A stretch of DNA of 64,000 nt from Alphaproteobacteria bacterium (GTDB lineage: Bacteria > Pseudomonadota > Alphaproteobacteria > SP197), in NCBI GenBank assembly GCA_964291415.2, contig OZ219917.1, forward strand, positions 32,001 to 96,000, in the 5' to 3' direction. The notes beneath the pieces are model-generated. The model saw nothing but the letters and a program-made list of their open reading frames with translations. It searched no databases and was not told the origin of the DNA. The translations under genes and the position numbers were made by a program. Positions 39,672 through 50,932 of the stretch are shown here, in pieces (the first letter of the stretch is position 1; every line of letters starts with the position of its first letter).

Positions 39672-40904
39672 TTACCCGGAAACCAGGCAGTCCCTGAACG
39701 ATGCGGCCATGTGATGCAGAAGGGTAAAGTACATGTCGGGCCCTTCCTCGATCTCCGCACCGATGGGATCGATCGTCCCGGCACGCACGTCCGTCCCCTC
39801 GATCAGGGTGTCGACAAAGCGCTGGTTGATCCCGGGCTCACTGAAAACGCAGACAACGCCAAGGTCGCTGATCTTGTCGCGCAGTTCGCGGACCCTCTTG
39901 ACCCCCGGCGACATGCCGGCGTGCACTACCGCCGAGCCCACGGCGTTGAGGCCGAACTGGTCCTCGAAGTACCTGTATCCATCGTGAAAAACGAGGAATG
40001 GGACACCGCGAGCGGGCTCGAGGTCAGCGGCAATGCCATCTGTGGCCTCGTCAAGGCGTTCGAGGAGCAACGCAAGGTTGGTCCGATAGGCAGCGGCATT
40101 GGCCGGATCGGCTTCCTCCAGAACAGCGGCGATTTCGCGGGCCATGGCCCGGGCGTTCACCGGATCAAGCCAGATGTGCAGGTCAATCACACCGTCTTCG
40201 TGGTCGTCATGACCCGCATGTTTCTCCTCGTCGGCGTGATCGTCCTCGTGGCCGGCCTCGTGCGCATGGTCCTCATGATCGTCCTCGTGGGCATGATCGT
40301 CATGACCCATGTGCTCTTCCTCGTCGGCGTGATCGTCGTCGTGGCCGGCCTCGTGCGCATGATCCTCATGGTCGTCCTCGTGGGCATGGTCGTCATGACC
40401 CGCGTGTTCTTCCTCGTCGGCGTGATCGTCCTCGTGGCCGGCCTCGTGCGCATGGTCCTCATGGTCGTCCTCGTGGGCATGATCGTCATGACCCATGTGC
40501 TCTTCCTCGTCGGCGTGGCCGTGGTGCGAATCCTCCTCGAAAGCGCCGCCTGAACGGAGAATCTTGAGGACCAGGCCCGGAGCCTCCGCCAGCCGAACCA
40601 CGCGCGCCGTACCGGCGAGTGACTCGATCGGTCCGACGAGCGGTGTTTCCAAACCGTCGCTGATGAGAAAGATGACATCCGCCTCCTGAAGTGCCGCGGC
40701 GGCCGATGGACGGATCGTGAAGGCGTGAGGCGAGGCCCCGCGTATGATCAGAAAGGGCTCACCAACGCCAGCCATGACGGCGCTTGCGAGGGAATGCACC
40801 GGCTTGATGGAGGTGACGACTCGAAGCCCGGAATCTGCCGATGCCGGACCGTTGAACAACAGGAACGTGCCAGCAAGCAGAAGGCAAAGGCGCCTGAAAG
40901 TCAT
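39672..40904 (-). CDS. znuA: Zinc ABC transporter substrate-binding protein with very long His-rich loop
   Basis: VVTSIKPVHSL, SPH, DLHIWLDP, FHDGY and CVFSEP motifs; divergent from znuCB. Confidence 0.93.
   Translation of the reverse strand: MTFRRLCLLLAGTFLLFNGPASADSGLRVVTSIKPVHSLASAVMAGVGEPFLIIRGASPHAFTIRPSAAAALQEADVIFLISDGLETPLVGPIESLAGTARVVRLAEAPGLVLKILRSGGAFEEDSHHGHADEEEHMGHDDHAHEDDHEDHAHEAGHEDDHADEEEHAGHDDHAHEDDHEDHAHEAGHDDDHADEEEHMGHDDHAHEDDHEDHAHEAGHEDDHADEEKHAGHDDHEDGVIDLHIWLDPVNARAMAREIAAVLEEADPANAAAYRTNLALLLERLDEATDGIAADLEPARGVPFLVFHDGYRYFEDQFGLNAVGSAVVHAGMSPGVKRVRELRDKISDLGVVCVFSEPGINQRFVDTLIEGTDVRAGTIDPIGAEIEEGPDMYFTLLHHMAASFRDCLVSG
40194..40517 (-). repeat. 93-bp in-frame tandem repeat (about 3.5 copies) inside znuA
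   Basis: Unit HADEEEH(M/A)GHDDHAHEDDHEDHAHEAGH(E/D)DD x3 plus a 15-aa partial copy; copies nearly identical at DNA level. Confidence 0.95.
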
Positions 40905-40933
40905 CCCACATCTCCTCGGATCACAACTGTTCA

Positions 40934-40946
40934 GGATACCGTATCA
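40934..40946. promoter_or_regulatory. Possible Zur-type operator in the znuA/znuC intergenic region
   Basis: Palindrome GATAC-C-GTATC about 30 bp upstream of znuA; only loosely similar to Zur boxes. Confidence 0.3.
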
Positions 40947-41028
40947 GGCTCGTCAAGCGATCCATGACATCGGCTGTCGGTTCAATCTTCTTGCGCGGGC
41001 CGGGACCGTGTGCCTTGAATCGGCGATC

Positions 41029-41688
41029 ATGTTCCGACCTCCACCATCCGACAGGCCGGGATGCCTTGTTGAAGCCACCAATCTGGGCGTCAGGCGCGGA
41101 GACCGATGGATCTTCCGGCATGTCAACCTGACGGTCTCGCGCGGCGAGCTTGTCTTCGTGATCGGCGCCAACGGCGCCGGCAAGACAACCTGCGTCAAGG
41201 CCCTCCTCGGTCTGATCTCCATCGACGAGGGCACCATCGATCGTGCCGCGGGACTGGAAATCGGCTATATCCCGCAACGGCTGGTGGTGGACCCGACGCT
41301 GCCGCTGACCCTGCGTCGCATGATGACGCTCACCGGTCGATTTGCGGCACGCGACATCGACGCCGCACTGGCAGCCGTCGGTCTGGAACCACTCGGAGAC
41401 CCCCCGGTTGCCAATCTGTCGGGCGGCGAGTTCCAGCGCATGTTGCTGGCGCGCTCCCTGATTCACCAACCGGATCTCCTGGTCCTCGACGAACCAGGCC
41501 AGGGCGTCGATGTTGCCGGAGCAGATGTCTTCGATGACCTGATCGACGGCATCCGCCGCGAGTTCGGTTGCGGCGTCGTCATGATCTCTCACGACCTCCG
41601 GCAGACCATGGGAACAGGAGACGACGTGGTCGTCCTGGTGCCTCATGAACACGATGCCTCCGTCGGCGACGGCGCCGGGAAGAGTTGA
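41029..41688 (+). CDS. znuC: Zinc ABC transporter ATPase
   Basis: GANGAGKT, IGYIPQ, LSGGEFQR, LVLDEP and SHDL motifs. Confidence 0.88.
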   Translation: MFRPPPSDRPGCLVEATNLGVRRGDRWIFRHVNLTVSRGELVFVIGANGAGKTTCVKALLGLISIDEGTIDRAAGLEIGYIPQRLVVDPTLPLTLRRMMTLTGRFAARDIDAALAAVGLEPLGDPPVANLSGGEFQRMLLARSLIHQPDLLVLDEPGQGVDVAGADVFDDLIDGIRREFGCGVVMISHDLRQTMGTGDDVVVLVPHEHDASVGDGAGKS

Positions 41689-41691
41689 ACC

Positions 41692-42492
41692 ATGCTGGAT
41701 GACTTCTTCGTACGCGCTCTCGTTGCCGGCACGGGGCTGGCACTCGTCACCGGACCCATGGGGTGTTTCATCGTATGGCGCCGTCTCGCCTATTTTGGCG
41801 AAACGATTGCCCACTCAGCCCTGCTCGGTGTGGCCATTGCCATTCTCGCGGACGCCCATCTGGTGATCGGCGTCTTCGCCATGGCCTCACTGGTGGTCGT
41901 GATCATGTTCTATCTTGAACGCCTTGACAGGATGCCGGTGGACACACTGCTGGGCATCCTCTCCCACAGCGGCCTTGCCCTGGGCCTGGTCGTCCTTTCC
42001 TTTCTTCCACCCATGCAGCTTGACCTGCACGGCCTGCTGTTCGGCGACATTCTCGCCGTCTCGCGCGATGACATCGCATTGATCTGGATCGGAGGCGCGG
42101 CGGCGCTGGGTCTCCTGTCGTGGATCTGGCGACCGTTGCTGGCAGCGACAGTCAATGCGGACCTGGCCACGGTGGCCGGATTGCGCCCTGAGCGGGCCCG
42201 CCTGGTGTTCGGCATGCTGCTGGCGGCGGTGATTGCTGCCGCCATCGAGATCGTCGGTGTCCTGCTGATCGTTGCACTGCTGATCATCCCTGCCGCCACG
42301 GTCCGGCGCCTGTCCAGGACTCCCGAAATCATGGCGGGGCTGGCAGCGGTCGCCGGTGTTGCCGCGGTGATCGCGGGGCTCTTTTCATCGGCACGGCTGG
42401 ATACGCCGACGGGCCCCTCGATCGTCGTTGCCGCCCTCGCCTTTTTCGCACTCACCCGCATCGGCTTCATGGGACCGAGACGGGATCCCTGA
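41692..42492 (+). CDS. znuB: Zinc ABC transporter permease
   Basis: MLDDFFVRAL, GCFIVWRRLAYFG, LFGDILAV and DTPTGPSIV motifs. Confidence 0.92.
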   Translation: MLDDFFVRALVAGTGLALVTGPMGCFIVWRRLAYFGETIAHSALLGVAIAILADAHLVIGVFAMASLVVVIMFYLERLDRMPVDTLLGILSHSGLALGLVVLSFLPPMQLDLHGLLFGDILAVSRDDIALIWIGGAAALGLLSWIWRPLLAATVNADLATVAGLRPERARLVFGMLLAAVIAAAIEIVGVLLIVALLIIPAATVRRLSRTPEIMAGLAAVAGVAAVIAGLFSSARLDTPTGPSIVVAALAFFALTRIGFMGPRRDP

Positions 42493-42610
42493 ACGGACGA
42501 GAGGGCGTCGACGCCGGGATCTGCCGGCGGTGGACGCCATCGGGGGCGGGGAATAGTGTGCAGGCCGGCACCGGGACTGCATACGCTGGCGCGGTCGGGA
42601 ATGACGTCGC

Positions 42611-43756
42611 ATGAACCTTGAACCGAGTGCGGAACAGATGGCCTTGTTCGACGCGGCCCGGGCCTTCGCGCGCGACCGCCTGGCGCCCGTCGCCCGGGAT
42701 CTCGAGGAGGCCGGGACCATACCGCGGTCCCTGCTTCGCGACGCGGGCGAGCTGGGTCTGGGAGGCCTGTTTGTCGACGGGGAATTCGGCGGTGCGGACC
42801 TTTCCAGGCTCGACGGCGCATTCGTCTTCGAGGCCCTGGGTGGGGGGTGTCCCTCGATCGCCGCCTACATCTCCATCCACAACATGTGTGCGGGCATGAT
42901 CGACCGGTACGGCTCACCGGAACAGCGCGCGCGATGGCTCCCTGGACTGGTGGCCATGGATCTCGTCGCCGCCTATTGCCTCACCGAACCCGGCAGCGGA
43001 TCCGATGCCGCCGCCCTTGTCACGAGCGCCCGCATGGACGGCGACTCTTATGTGCTCAACGGCACCAAGAGTTTCATCTCAGGCGCCGGACTTGCCGACC
43101 TCTACCTCGTCATGGCGCGCACCGGGAATGAGGGTCCGCGAGGCATCTCCTGCATTGCCGTCGAGGCCGGCGCCCCCGGCCTTGGGTTCGGCGCGCCGGA
43201 AGACAAGATGGGATGGCGGGCCCAGCCCACGGCCGACGTGATCATGGACGAATGCCGCGTCGGGGCCGGCAACCTCGTGGGCGAGGCCGGCGCCGGCTTT
43301 CGCCAGGCCATGGCGGGTCTCGACGGCGGCCGCCTCAGCCTCGCCGCCGTTTCCCTGGGCGCGGCCCAGGAAACCCTTGACCGCAGCATCGCCTACTTGG
43401 GCGGGCGCCGCGCCTTCGGCGCCACCCTCGATCGGTTCCAGGCCCTGCAGTTCCGGCTGGCCGACATGGCGACGGAACTCGAGGCGTCGCGCGCCCTGTT
43501 GCGCCAGGCTGCGTGGAAGCTCGATCGCGGCGCCGGCGATGCCACGGTGCAGTGCGCCATGGCAAAGCGCTTCGTCACCGACGCCGCGTTCCGCGTGGCC
43601 AACGACGCCCTGCAGCTCCACGGCGGCTACGGCTACCTCGCGGACTACGGCATCGAGAAGACCGTGCGCGACCTCAGGGTGCACCAGATACTCGAGGGAA
43701 CGAACGAGATCATGCGCCTCATCATCAGCCGTGCGCTGATCGGTCCGCCTGCGTGA
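42611..43756 (+). CDS. Acyl-CoA dehydrogenase (isobutyryl-CoA dehydrogenase-like)
   Basis: YISIHNM, YCLTEPGSGSDAA and RVHQILEGTNEIMR motifs; in a cluster with mmsB. Confidence 0.9.
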   Translation: MNLEPSAEQMALFDAARAFARDRLAPVARDLEEAGTIPRSLLRDAGELGLGGLFVDGEFGGADLSRLDGAFVFEALGGGCPSIAAYISIHNMCAGMIDRYGSPEQRARWLPGLVAMDLVAAYCLTEPGSGSDAAALVTSARMDGDSYVLNGTKSFISGAGLADLYLVMARTGNEGPRGISCIAVEAGAPGLGFGAPEDKMGWRAQPTADVIMDECRVGAGNLVGEAGAGFRQAMAGLDGGRLSLAAVSLGAAQETLDRSIAYLGGRRAFGATLDRFQALQFRLADMATELEASRALLRQAAWKLDRGAGDATVQCAMAKRFVTDAAFRVANDALQLHGGYGYLADYGIEKTVRDLRVHQILEGTNEIMRLIISRALIGPPA

Positions 43757-44802
43757 CAGGGGATCTCCAGACATGGTGCGAGGGCGGCCTCGGCCGCCTT
43801 GTCCTCGACCGGCCCGGAGCCCTCAATGCCCTCACCCACGCCATGGTGAGGGAACTCCTTGCGGTGCTTGGTGCATGGAGGGATGCCGATGACGTCTCCG
43901 GTGTCGTCATCGAGGGTAGCGGCGACAAGGCGTTCTCGGCGGGCGGCGACATTCTCGGTCTGTGGCAGCACGGCAAGCGCGGGGACCACGCCTTCGGGCG
44001 CGCCTTCTGGCGCGACGAATACCGGCTCGACCGGATGATCGCGCGCTATCCCAAGCCCTTCGTTGCGCTCATGGACGGCATCGTGATGGGCGGCGGCGTG
44101 GGCGTGTCCGCCCACGGATCGCATCGCATCGTGACCGAGCGGTCCGTCGTCGCCATGCCGGAGGTGTCCATCGGCTTTCTCCCCGATGTCGGAGGCACCT
44201 GGATCCTGTCACGCGCCCCGGGGAGACTGGGCGAATACCTCGCCATGACGGCCACGCGCCTGGGTCCGGCGGATGCCATTGTTGCCGGTTTCGCAGACCG
44301 CTTCATGGCATCCGATCGCCTCCCGGAACTGGTGAGGCGCCTGGAAGCCCAGGGACCGAATTCCGTCGACCGTCTGGCCGGTGAACCGCCCGGCGGTCTC
44401 CTCGAAGCGCGCCTCGACGAGATCAATGAGGCCTTCTCGGCGGCCGACGGTCCGGCCATCGTCGCCCGGCTGGAGGACTCTTCTGCGCCATGGGCACGCG
44501 AGGCTGCCGGCGCCATCCGGCGTCATTCGCCGCTCTCGGTCGCCTGTGCGCTGGAGGCCGTGCGCGCGGCGCGCCGCCTGGCAGATCTCGAAAGCTGCCT
44601 TGCCATGGAATTCCGCTTCGCCTGGCGGGCGACGCAGCAGACCGACTTCCTCGAGGGCATCCGCGCCGCGATCATCGACAGGGATCGCCACCCATGCTGG
44701 CGCCATGCCCGTCTCGATGACGTGACACCCGCCGAGGTCGCGGATCTGTTCGCGCCCCTCGGCGACGAGGAACTTGACCTCAAGGGAGATAGAGAACGAT
44801 GA
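43753..44802 (+). CDS. 3-hydroxyisobutyryl-CoA hydrolase-like crotonase
   Basis: LNALT, AFSAGGDI, MDGIVMGGGVG, MPEVSIGFLPDVGG and DFLEGIRA motifs; GTG start overlaps the upstream stop. Confidence 0.88.
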   Translation: MTGDLQTWCEGGLGRLVLDRPGALNALTHAMVRELLAVLGAWRDADDVSGVVIEGSGDKAFSAGGDILGLWQHGKRGDHAFGRAFWRDEYRLDRMIARYPKPFVALMDGIVMGGGVGVSAHGSHRIVTERSVVAMPEVSIGFLPDVGGTWILSRAPGRLGEYLAMTATRLGPADAIVAGFADRFMASDRLPELVRRLEAQGPNSVDRLAGEPPGGLLEARLDEINEAFSAADGPAIVARLEDSSAPWAREAAGAIRRHSPLSVACALEAVRAARRLADLESCLAMEFRFAWRATQQTDFLEGIRAAIIDRDRHPCWRHARLDDVTPAEVADLFAPLGDEELDLKGDRER

Positions 44803-45686
44803 CCTCAGTCGGATTCATCGGCCTTGGCAACATGGGAACACCCATGGCGGCCAATCTGGTGGCGGCAGGGCTCCATGTCACCGGCCACGACGTGGCGGAT
44901 GGGGCCCGCTCCGCGGCCCGCCACAAGGGTGTCGACATCGCCGACAGCGCGGTCGCCGCGGCGGCGGGCCGCGATGTCGTCATCACCATGCTGCCGGACG
45001 GCGCTGCCCTCCTCGAGGTCTACCGCACGATCATGGCCGACGTGCGTGCGGGCGCAGTCGTGATGGACTGCTCGACGGTCGACATCGCTGCCGCAAGAAA
45101 GGCGCATGGCATGGCGGCGGAACGGAACCTTCCCTCGGTCGATGCCCCGGTCTCCGGAGGCATCGCCGGCGCCGAGGCGGGAACGCTCACCTTCATGGTC
45201 GGCGGGGACCCACCCGCTTGCGAGGCCGTCCGCCCGCTGCTCGACGTCATGGGCCGCACGATCGTCCTGTGCGGCGGTCCGGGATGCGGCCAGGCGGTCA
45301 AGATCTGCAACAACATGATTCTCGGGATCTCGATGATCGGCGTCGCCGAGGCCCTCACCCTCGCCGGAAAACTCGAACTCGAGCCCGAGCGGGTGTTCGA
45401 TGTCGTCTCGACCTCGTCGGGTTCGTGCTGGTCGATGAACGACTATTGCCCGCTCCCGGGCGTCGGGCCCGACAGTCCGGCCGATCACGACTATGCGCCG
45501 GGCTTTGCCGCCGCCCTCATGTCGAAGGACCTGGGCTTGAGCCAGCAGGCGGCTGCTTCGGTGGATGTCGCCACGCCGATGGGCGCGACGGCAGCCTCCG
45601 TCTACGAGGCCATGGTGGCGTCGGGCAAGGGCCACCTCGACTTCTCGGCCGTCATCCGGCATGTCCGGTCGCTGATGAGGGAGTGA
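44799..45686 (+). CDS. mmsB: 3-hydroxyisobutyrate dehydrogenase
   Basis: GFIGLGNMG, DAPVSGG, KICNNM and CPLPGVGP motifs. Confidence 0.93.
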   Translation: MTSVGFIGLGNMGTPMAANLVAAGLHVTGHDVADGARSAARHKGVDIADSAVAAAAGRDVVITMLPDGAALLEVYRTIMADVRAGAVVMDCSTVDIAAARKAHGMAAERNLPSVDAPVSGGIAGAEAGTLTFMVGGDPPACEAVRPLLDVMGRTIVLCGGPGCGQAVKICNNMILGISMIGVAEALTLAGKLELEPERVFDVVSTSSGSCWSMNDYCPLPGVGPDSPADHDYAPGFAAALMSKDLGLSQQAAASVDVATPMGATAASVYEAMVASGKGHLDFSAVIRHVRSLMRE

Positions 45687-45692
45687 TCCAGC

Positions 45693-46463
45693 ATGTCTGA
45701 ACACATCATCGTCGAGCGCGACCGCCGTGTCCTCGTTGTCCGTCTCAACCGGCCCCAGGCGCTCAACGCCCTCAACACCGACCTCGCCAGGGACCTCTTA
45801 CGTGTCCTTGAGGAGGCCGACCGCGACCCCGCTATCGGCGCCTTCGTCATCACCGGCTCCGAAAGGGCCTTTGCCGCCGGCGCCGACATCCGGGAGATGG
45901 CATCCAGGGACTTCGCCTCCGTCTTCGGCGACGACCTCTTCGCCGAGTGGGACCGCTTTGCCTCCCTCAGGACACCCGTCATCGCCGCCGTCGCCGGCTA
46001 TGCCCTGGGCGGCGGATGCGAACTTGCGATGATGTGCGACATCATCATCGCCGCCGAGGACGCCCGGTTCGGCCAGCCGGAAATCAGGCTCGGCGTCATG
46101 CCGGGCATGGGCGGCACGCAGCGCCTTGCCCGTGCAGTCGGCAAGGCCAAGGCCGTCGATCTCATCCTGACCGGTCGCATGATGGATGCCGCCGAGGCCG
46201 AACGGTCGGGGCTGGTGGCGCGTGTCGTGCCCGCCGACCGGCTGATCGACGAGGCTCTCGAGGCGGCGCACACCATCGCCGGACACGGCCGGCTCGCCAC
46301 GCGCATGGCCAAGGAGGCGATCAACCGCGCCTTCGAGACCTCGCTCGCCGAGGGTCTCGCCTTCGAGAAACGCGCCTTCCAGTCTCTCTTCGCCACCGAC
46401 GATCAGAAGGAAGGCATGGCCGCCTTCATCGAAAAACGCTCACCCCGATTCACGGATTCGTGA
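45693..46463 (+). CDS. Enoyl-CoA hydratase
   Basis: [13 protein letters not shown] and FGQPEI...GGTQRL motifs. Confidence 0.92.
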   Translation: MSEHIIVERDRRVLVVRLNRPQALNALNTDLARDLLRVLEEADRDPAIGAFVITGSERAFAAGADIREMASRDFASVFGDDLFAEWDRFASLRTPVIAAVAGYALGGGCELAMMCDIIIAAEDARFGQPEIRLGVMPGMGGTQRLARAVGKAKAVDLILTGRMMDAAEAERSGLVARVVPADRLIDEALEAAHTIAGHGRLATRMAKEAINRAFETSLAEGLAFEKRAFQSLFATDDQKEGMAAFIEKRSPRFTDS

Positions 46464-46469
46464 CGGCCG

Positions 46470-47300
46470 TCAGTCTCTCAGGAGTTCGTTGATGGACGTC
46501 TTGGCGCGCGTCCTTTCATCCACCTGCTTGATGATGACCGCACAGTAGAGCGAGGGGCCGCCCGGGACCTTCGGCGGCAGGGCTCCCGGCACCACGACAG
46601 AACCGGCCGGGACGCGTCCGGTGATGGTCTCTCCCGTCTCGCGATGAACGATCCGGGTGGAAGCGCCGATGAAGACACCCATGGAGAGCACCGAACCCTT
46701 CTCGACAATCACGCCTTCGACGACCTCGCTGCGGGCGCCGATGAAACAGTCGTCCTCGATGATCACGGGCGCGGCCTGCAGCGGCTCGAGGACGCCGCCC
46801 AGGCCTGCGCCCCCGGAAATGTGGCAGTTGCGGCCGACCTGGGCGCAGCTCCCCACGGTGGCCCAGGTATCCACCATCGTCCCCTCGCCGACCCAGGCGC
46901 CGACGTTGACGAAACTCGGCATCAGCACGACGCCGGGCGCGACATAGGCGCCGTGACGGACGATGGCGTGCGGCACGGCCCGGAATCCGGCCGCCGCGAA
47001 CCGGGCGTCATCCCATCCCTCGAACTTGTTCTCCACCTTGTCATACCAGCTGGCATCGGCGCCCGGGGCGCCCGGAATGGTCCGGGTTTCGGTGAGCCTG
47101 AAGGACAGCAGAACCGCCTTCTTCAGCCATTCGTTGATGATCCAGCCGTCGCCGCCCGGTTCGGCAATCCGGCAATCACCCGAATCCAGCAGGTCGACAG
47201 CCTGAAGAACAGCGTCCCGGAGCGGCCCCGTGGTGGCGGTGTTGATCGTGGTCCTGGCGTCCCAGGCCTCCTCGATCGTGGTCTGGAGATCGTGCGTCAT
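46470..47300 (-). CDS. dapD: Tetrahydrodipicolinate N-succinyltransferase
   Basis: [31 protein letters not shown] and [10 protein letters not shown] motifs. Confidence 0.97.
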   Translation of the reverse strand: MTHDLQTTIEEAWDARTTINTATTGPLRDAVLQAVDLLDSGDCRIAEPGGDGWIINEWLKKAVLLSFRLTETRTIPGAPGADASWYDKVENKFEGWDDARFAAAGFRAVPHAIVRHGAYVAPGVVLMPSFVNVGAWVGEGTMVDTWATVGSCAQVGRNCHISGGAGLGGVLEPLQAAPVIIEDDCFIGARSEVVEGVIVEKGSVLSMGVFIGASTRIVHRETGETITGRVPAGSVVVPGALPPKVPGGPSLYCAVIIKQVDERTRAKTSINELLRD

Positions 47301-47998
47301 CAAGGGAACCCTTCCCGTCTGGTGGAGGCTGAAGCGCCGCCGGACTGGATGAGCGCGGCCAGCCAGCCGGCGAGATCCGGCGTGTGATGGTCGATGTGAT
47401 CGCCCGCCGCGTCTGACGGTTCCCCGACCAGGACCGTGGTCATGCCGAGATCCTTGGCCGGCTTGAGGTTGCGGGCGAGGTCCTCGAAGTAGATGGCCCG
47501 GACAGGATCGATATCGTGACGCCGGATGAGCGCCTGGTAGACGACGGGATCGGGCTTCGGGATGTAGCCCGAGGCGACGATGTCGAACACGGCCTCGAAA
47601 CATCCGGCGACACCCAGGCGTTCCATGGCGCGCATGGCATGCGGCTCATCGCCGTTGGTGAAGATCAGCTTGCGCCCGGGCAGTTCCTCCAGCGTGCGGG
47701 CGAGGTCCGGATTTTCCGGTATCGGCGACCAGTCGATGTCGTGCACGAAGGCGAGGAACTCCTCGGGGTCGCAGTCATGGATCTTCATCAGGCCGTTCAG
47801 CGTGGTGCCGTGCTCGAGGTAGTACTGCTTCTGCAGCGCCCGTGCCTGGTCCTGTCCGAGTCCGAGGAACTCAGCGATGTAGATGGTCATGCGGTCGGTG
47901 ACCTGGTCGAAGAAGCCGAACCGGGCGGAATAGAGCGTGTTGTCCAGATCGAAGATCCAGGTGTCCACGGTCCCGAGAATGCGTTCTGCGGTTCTCAC
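47300..47998 (-). CDS. Pyrimidine 5'-nucleotidase (HAD family)
   Basis: [22 protein letters not shown] and FEDLARNL motifs. Confidence 0.92.
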   Translation of the reverse strand: MRTAERILGTVDTWIFDLDNTLYSARFGFFDQVTDRMTIYIAEFLGLGQDQARALQKQYYLEHGTTLNGLMKIHDCDPEEFLAFVHDIDWSPIPENPDLARTLEELPGRKLIFTNGDEPHAMRAMERLGVAGCFEAVFDIVASGYIPKPDPVVYQALIRRHDIDPVRAIYFEDLARNLKPAKDLGMTTVLVGEPSDAAGDHIDHHTPDLAGWLAALIQSGGASASTRREGFP

Positions 47999-48915
47999 GC
48001 GTTGATCTTCGTGCCGGTGCCGTTTTCCGTGAACAGCTCGAGCAGCAGGACATGGGGAATGCGGCCGTCAAGGATGTGGGCGGCGCCGACGTCGTGCTCC
48101 AGGGCCTTCAGACAGGTCTCGAGCTTCGGAATCATGCCGCCGGTGATGGCTCCGGTGTCGAACAGCTGCTTCGCTTCCAGGAGCGACATCTCCGAGATGA
48201 GCGTGCCCTCGGCATCGAGCACCCCCGGGACATCGGTGAGCAGCAGCAGCTTGGGCGCCTTCAGCGCCACGGCGATGGCGCCGGCCGCGGTATCGGCGTT
48301 GATGTTGTAGGTATCGCCGTTCTCGGCGATCCCCACCGGCGCGATGACGGGTATCGCCTGGGTCGACGCCAGGAGCGTCAGGATGTCGGCATTGACCTTC
48401 TCGGGCTCGCCGACGAACCCGAGATCGACGATTCCTTCGATGTTCGAATCGGGATCACGGGTCAGCCGCTCGACCTTGCGGGCCTGCAGAAGACGCCCGT
48501 CCTTGCCCGAGATGCCGATCGCAAGACCGCCCTCGGCATTGATCGACGACACGATCTTCTTGTTGATGGAGCCGGCCAGGACCATCTCCACCACGTCCAT
48601 GGATCGCTTGTCGGTGACTCGCAGGCCATCGACGAACTGCGACTCGATCGCCAGGTCGTCGAGCATGGAACCGATCTGCGGCCCGCCACCGTGAACGATG
48701 ACCGGGTTGATTCCCACCTGCTTGATGAGGACGACATCGCGGGCGAAGTCCCGCGCCAGCTTGTCGTTCCCCATGGCATGACCGCCATACTTGATGACGA
48801 AGGTGTACCCGGAAAACTGGCGCAGATAGGGCAATGCCTCCGCCAGGGTCTCGGCGGTTCTCAACCAGTGCTTGGTGACAGCGATGTTCTTTTCGGCAGT
48901 GCCGCGCCTGATCAT
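47995..48915 (-). CDS. argB: Acetylglutamate kinase
   Basis: [23 protein letters not shown] and GGMIPK motifs. Confidence 0.97.
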   Translation of the reverse strand: MIRRGTAEKNIAVTKHWLRTAETLAEALPYLRQFSGYTFVIKYGGHAMGNDKLARDFARDVVLIKQVGINPVIVHGGGPQIGSMLDDLAIESQFVDGLRVTDKRSMDVVEMVLAGSINKKIVSSINAEGGLAIGISGKDGRLLQARKVERLTRDPDSNIEGIVDLGFVGEPEKVNADILTLLASTQAIPVIAPVGIAENGDTYNINADTAAGAIAVALKAPKLLLLTDVPGVLDAEGTLISEMSLLEAKQLFDTGAITGGMIPKLETCLKALEHDVGAAHILDGRIPHVLLLELFTENGTGTKINA

Positions 48916-49016
48916 GGAGGGCCGCCTTCATTCACCCGAATCCGGCAAGGGGAACCCTGAGAATAGTCCGGTTGTTCCGGCAGGTGCAAACCGGCCGCCT
49001 CGCCCGGTATCCGGCC

Positions 49017-49811
49017 TCAAGCCTCGGCGGAGTGCAGGATCTGGCTCAGGAAGAGCTTGGTGCGGTCGCTCTTCGGATTCCTGAAGAACTCCGTCGGCGG
49101 CGCCTGTTCGACGATCTGCCCGTCGTCCATGAAGATGATCCGGTTGGCGACCTGGCGGGCGAACCCCATTTCGTGGGAGACGACGAGCATCGTCATGCCG
49201 CTTTCCGCGAGATCCACCATGACCTCGAGAACCTCCTTGATCATCTCCGGGTCGAGCGCCGAGGTCGGTTCATCGAACAGCATGACGCGCGGCTCCATGC
49301 ACAGCGACCGGGCGATGGCCACCCGCTGCTGCTGGCCGCCGGACAGCTGGCCCGGGAACTTGGAGGCCTGTTCGGGAATCTTCACCCGCTCGAGATAGCG
49401 CATGGCGGATTCCTCGGCGTCGGCCCTGGGCATGCGCCGCACCCAGATCGGCGCCAGGGTGCAGTTCTCCAGCACGGTGAGGTGCGGGAACAGATTGAAG
49501 TGCTGGAACACCATGCCCACCTCGCGGCGCACCTGGTCCATTTTCTTGATGTTGTCGGTCAGCTCGATGCCGTCGACCTCGACCGTGCCGCGCTGATGTT
49601 TCTCGAGCCGGTTGATGCAGCGGATCATGGTCGACTTGCCTGACCCCGAGGGACCGCAGATCACGATTCGCTCGCCGCGGTAGACGGTCAGGTTGATGTC
49701 CTTCAACACGTGGAAGTCGCCGAACCACTTGTTCATCGACGTGATGTCGATCACCACCTCGTCGGTGACAGCGCCGGCGACGGTTGCCTGGGGGGCGTCC
49801 TGATCAGTCAT
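49017..49811 (-). CDS. aapP: General L-amino acid ABC transporter ATPase (AapP/BztD)
   Basis: [26 protein letters not shown] and [11 protein letters not shown] motifs. Confidence 0.9.
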   Translation of the reverse strand: MTDQDAPQATVAGAVTDEVVIDITSMNKWFGDFHVLKDINLTVYRGERIVICGPSGSGKSTMIRCINRLEKHQRGTVEVDGIELTDNIKKMDQVRREVGMVFQHFNLFPHLTVLENCTLAPIWVRRMPRADAEESAMRYLERVKIPEQASKFPGQLSGGQQQRVAIARSLCMEPRVMLFDEPTSALDPEMIKEVLEVMVDLAESGMTMLVVSHEMGFARQVANRIIFMDDGQIVEQAPPTEFFRNPKSDRTKLFLSQILHSAEA

Positions 49812-49821
49812 GGCATGTGTC

Positions 49822-50928
49822 CTAGTGACCGGTGTGCAGCCTGCGCTCGAGCCATGCGGAATAGCGCGACATGCCGAAGCAGCACAGGAAGAAGAAGATG
49901 GCAACGAAGATGTAGACCTCCGTCGACAGGCCCTGCCACGTGGTGTCGGAGAGCGTCGCCTTGCCGATGCCGAGGGGATCGAGGAGGCCGATGATGATGA
50001 CCAGGGTCGTGTCCTTGTAGAGCGCGATGAAGGAGTTGACGATTCCGGGGATCGAGATCTTCAGCGCCTGGGGCAGAATGACGAGTCTCATGGTCTTCCA
50101 GTAGGGAAGACCCAGGGACTTCGCGGCCTCGTACTGCCCCGACGGCATGGCCTGGAGCCCGCCGCGGATGACCTCGGCGAGGTAGGCGGCCGAGAACAGG
50201 GTCACCATGATGAGGACGCGCACCAGCAGGTTGAAGCTGGTGCCGGGCGGCATGAAGTAGTTGAGCAGGGTCGAGGCGACGAAGAGCAGCGTGATGAGCG
50301 GCACGCCGCGTATGAATTCGATGAAGGCGACGCACAGCACCCTGATGATGAAGAGATCGGACTGCCGGCCCAGGGCCAGCAGGATGCCCAGCGGCAGGGA
50401 GGCGGAAATCCCGGTGATGCCGATGACGATGGTGAGCAGGAACCCGCCGAATCGCGCGGTCTCCACCTCCGGCAGGCCGAGGCCGCCGATCAGCAGGAAG
50501 TAGGCGACCACGGGATAGCAGATGGAGAACCCGACGAGGTACCGCCGCCACGGAATCCTGTCGTAGAGCACCGGCGCCAGGGCCACGAACAGCAGGACAA
50601 AGGCGAGATTCGCTCTCCAGCGTTCGCTCTTCGGGTAGTCGCCGTAGACGAACTGGTCGAAGCGTGTGACCACCACCGCCCAGCAGGCGCCGTCAGAGGT
50701 ATCCCAGCACTCGGTACGTGACGCGGCGTTCCACACCGCGTCGAAGATCGCCCAGTCAAGGAGCGGCGGGATGATCAGCCACAGGAGATACACCACCACG
50801 AAGGTGAGGACGATGTTGGAGGCCGACGAGAAGAGGTTGTCCTTGAGCCAGCGGGCGATCCCCACCGACATCACGGGCGGTGGCAGGGTCGGCGCCTTCT
50901 CGTGAACGATATGGAGGGGACGCTCCAT
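49822..50928 (-). CDS. aapM: General L-amino acid ABC permease (AapM/BztC)
   Basis: [20 protein letters not shown] and KDTTLV motifs. Confidence 0.9.
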   Translation of the reverse strand: MERPLHIVHEKAPTLPPPVMSVGIARWLKDNLFSSASNIVLTFVVVYLLWLIIPPLLDWAIFDAVWNAASRTECWDTSDGACWAVVVTRFDQFVYGDYPKSERWRANLAFVLLFVALAPVLYDRIPWRRYLVGFSICYPVVAYFLLIGGLGLPEVETARFGGFLLTIVIGITGISASLPLGILLALGRQSDLFIIRVLCVAFIEFIRGVPLITLLFVASTLLNYFMPPGTSFNLLVRVLIMVTLFSAAYLAEVIRGGLQAMPSGQYEAAKSLGLPYWKTMRLVILPQALKISIPGIVNSFIALYKDTTLVIIIGLLDPLGIGKATLSDTTWQGLSTEVYIFVAIFFFLCCFGMSRYSAWLERRLHTGH

Positions 50929-50932
50929 GGCG

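Noticed and set aside
40194-40517. Regular repeats as a possible CRISPR array
   Set aside because: The units are contiguous 93-bp in-frame coding repeats with no unique spacers, and there are no cas genes
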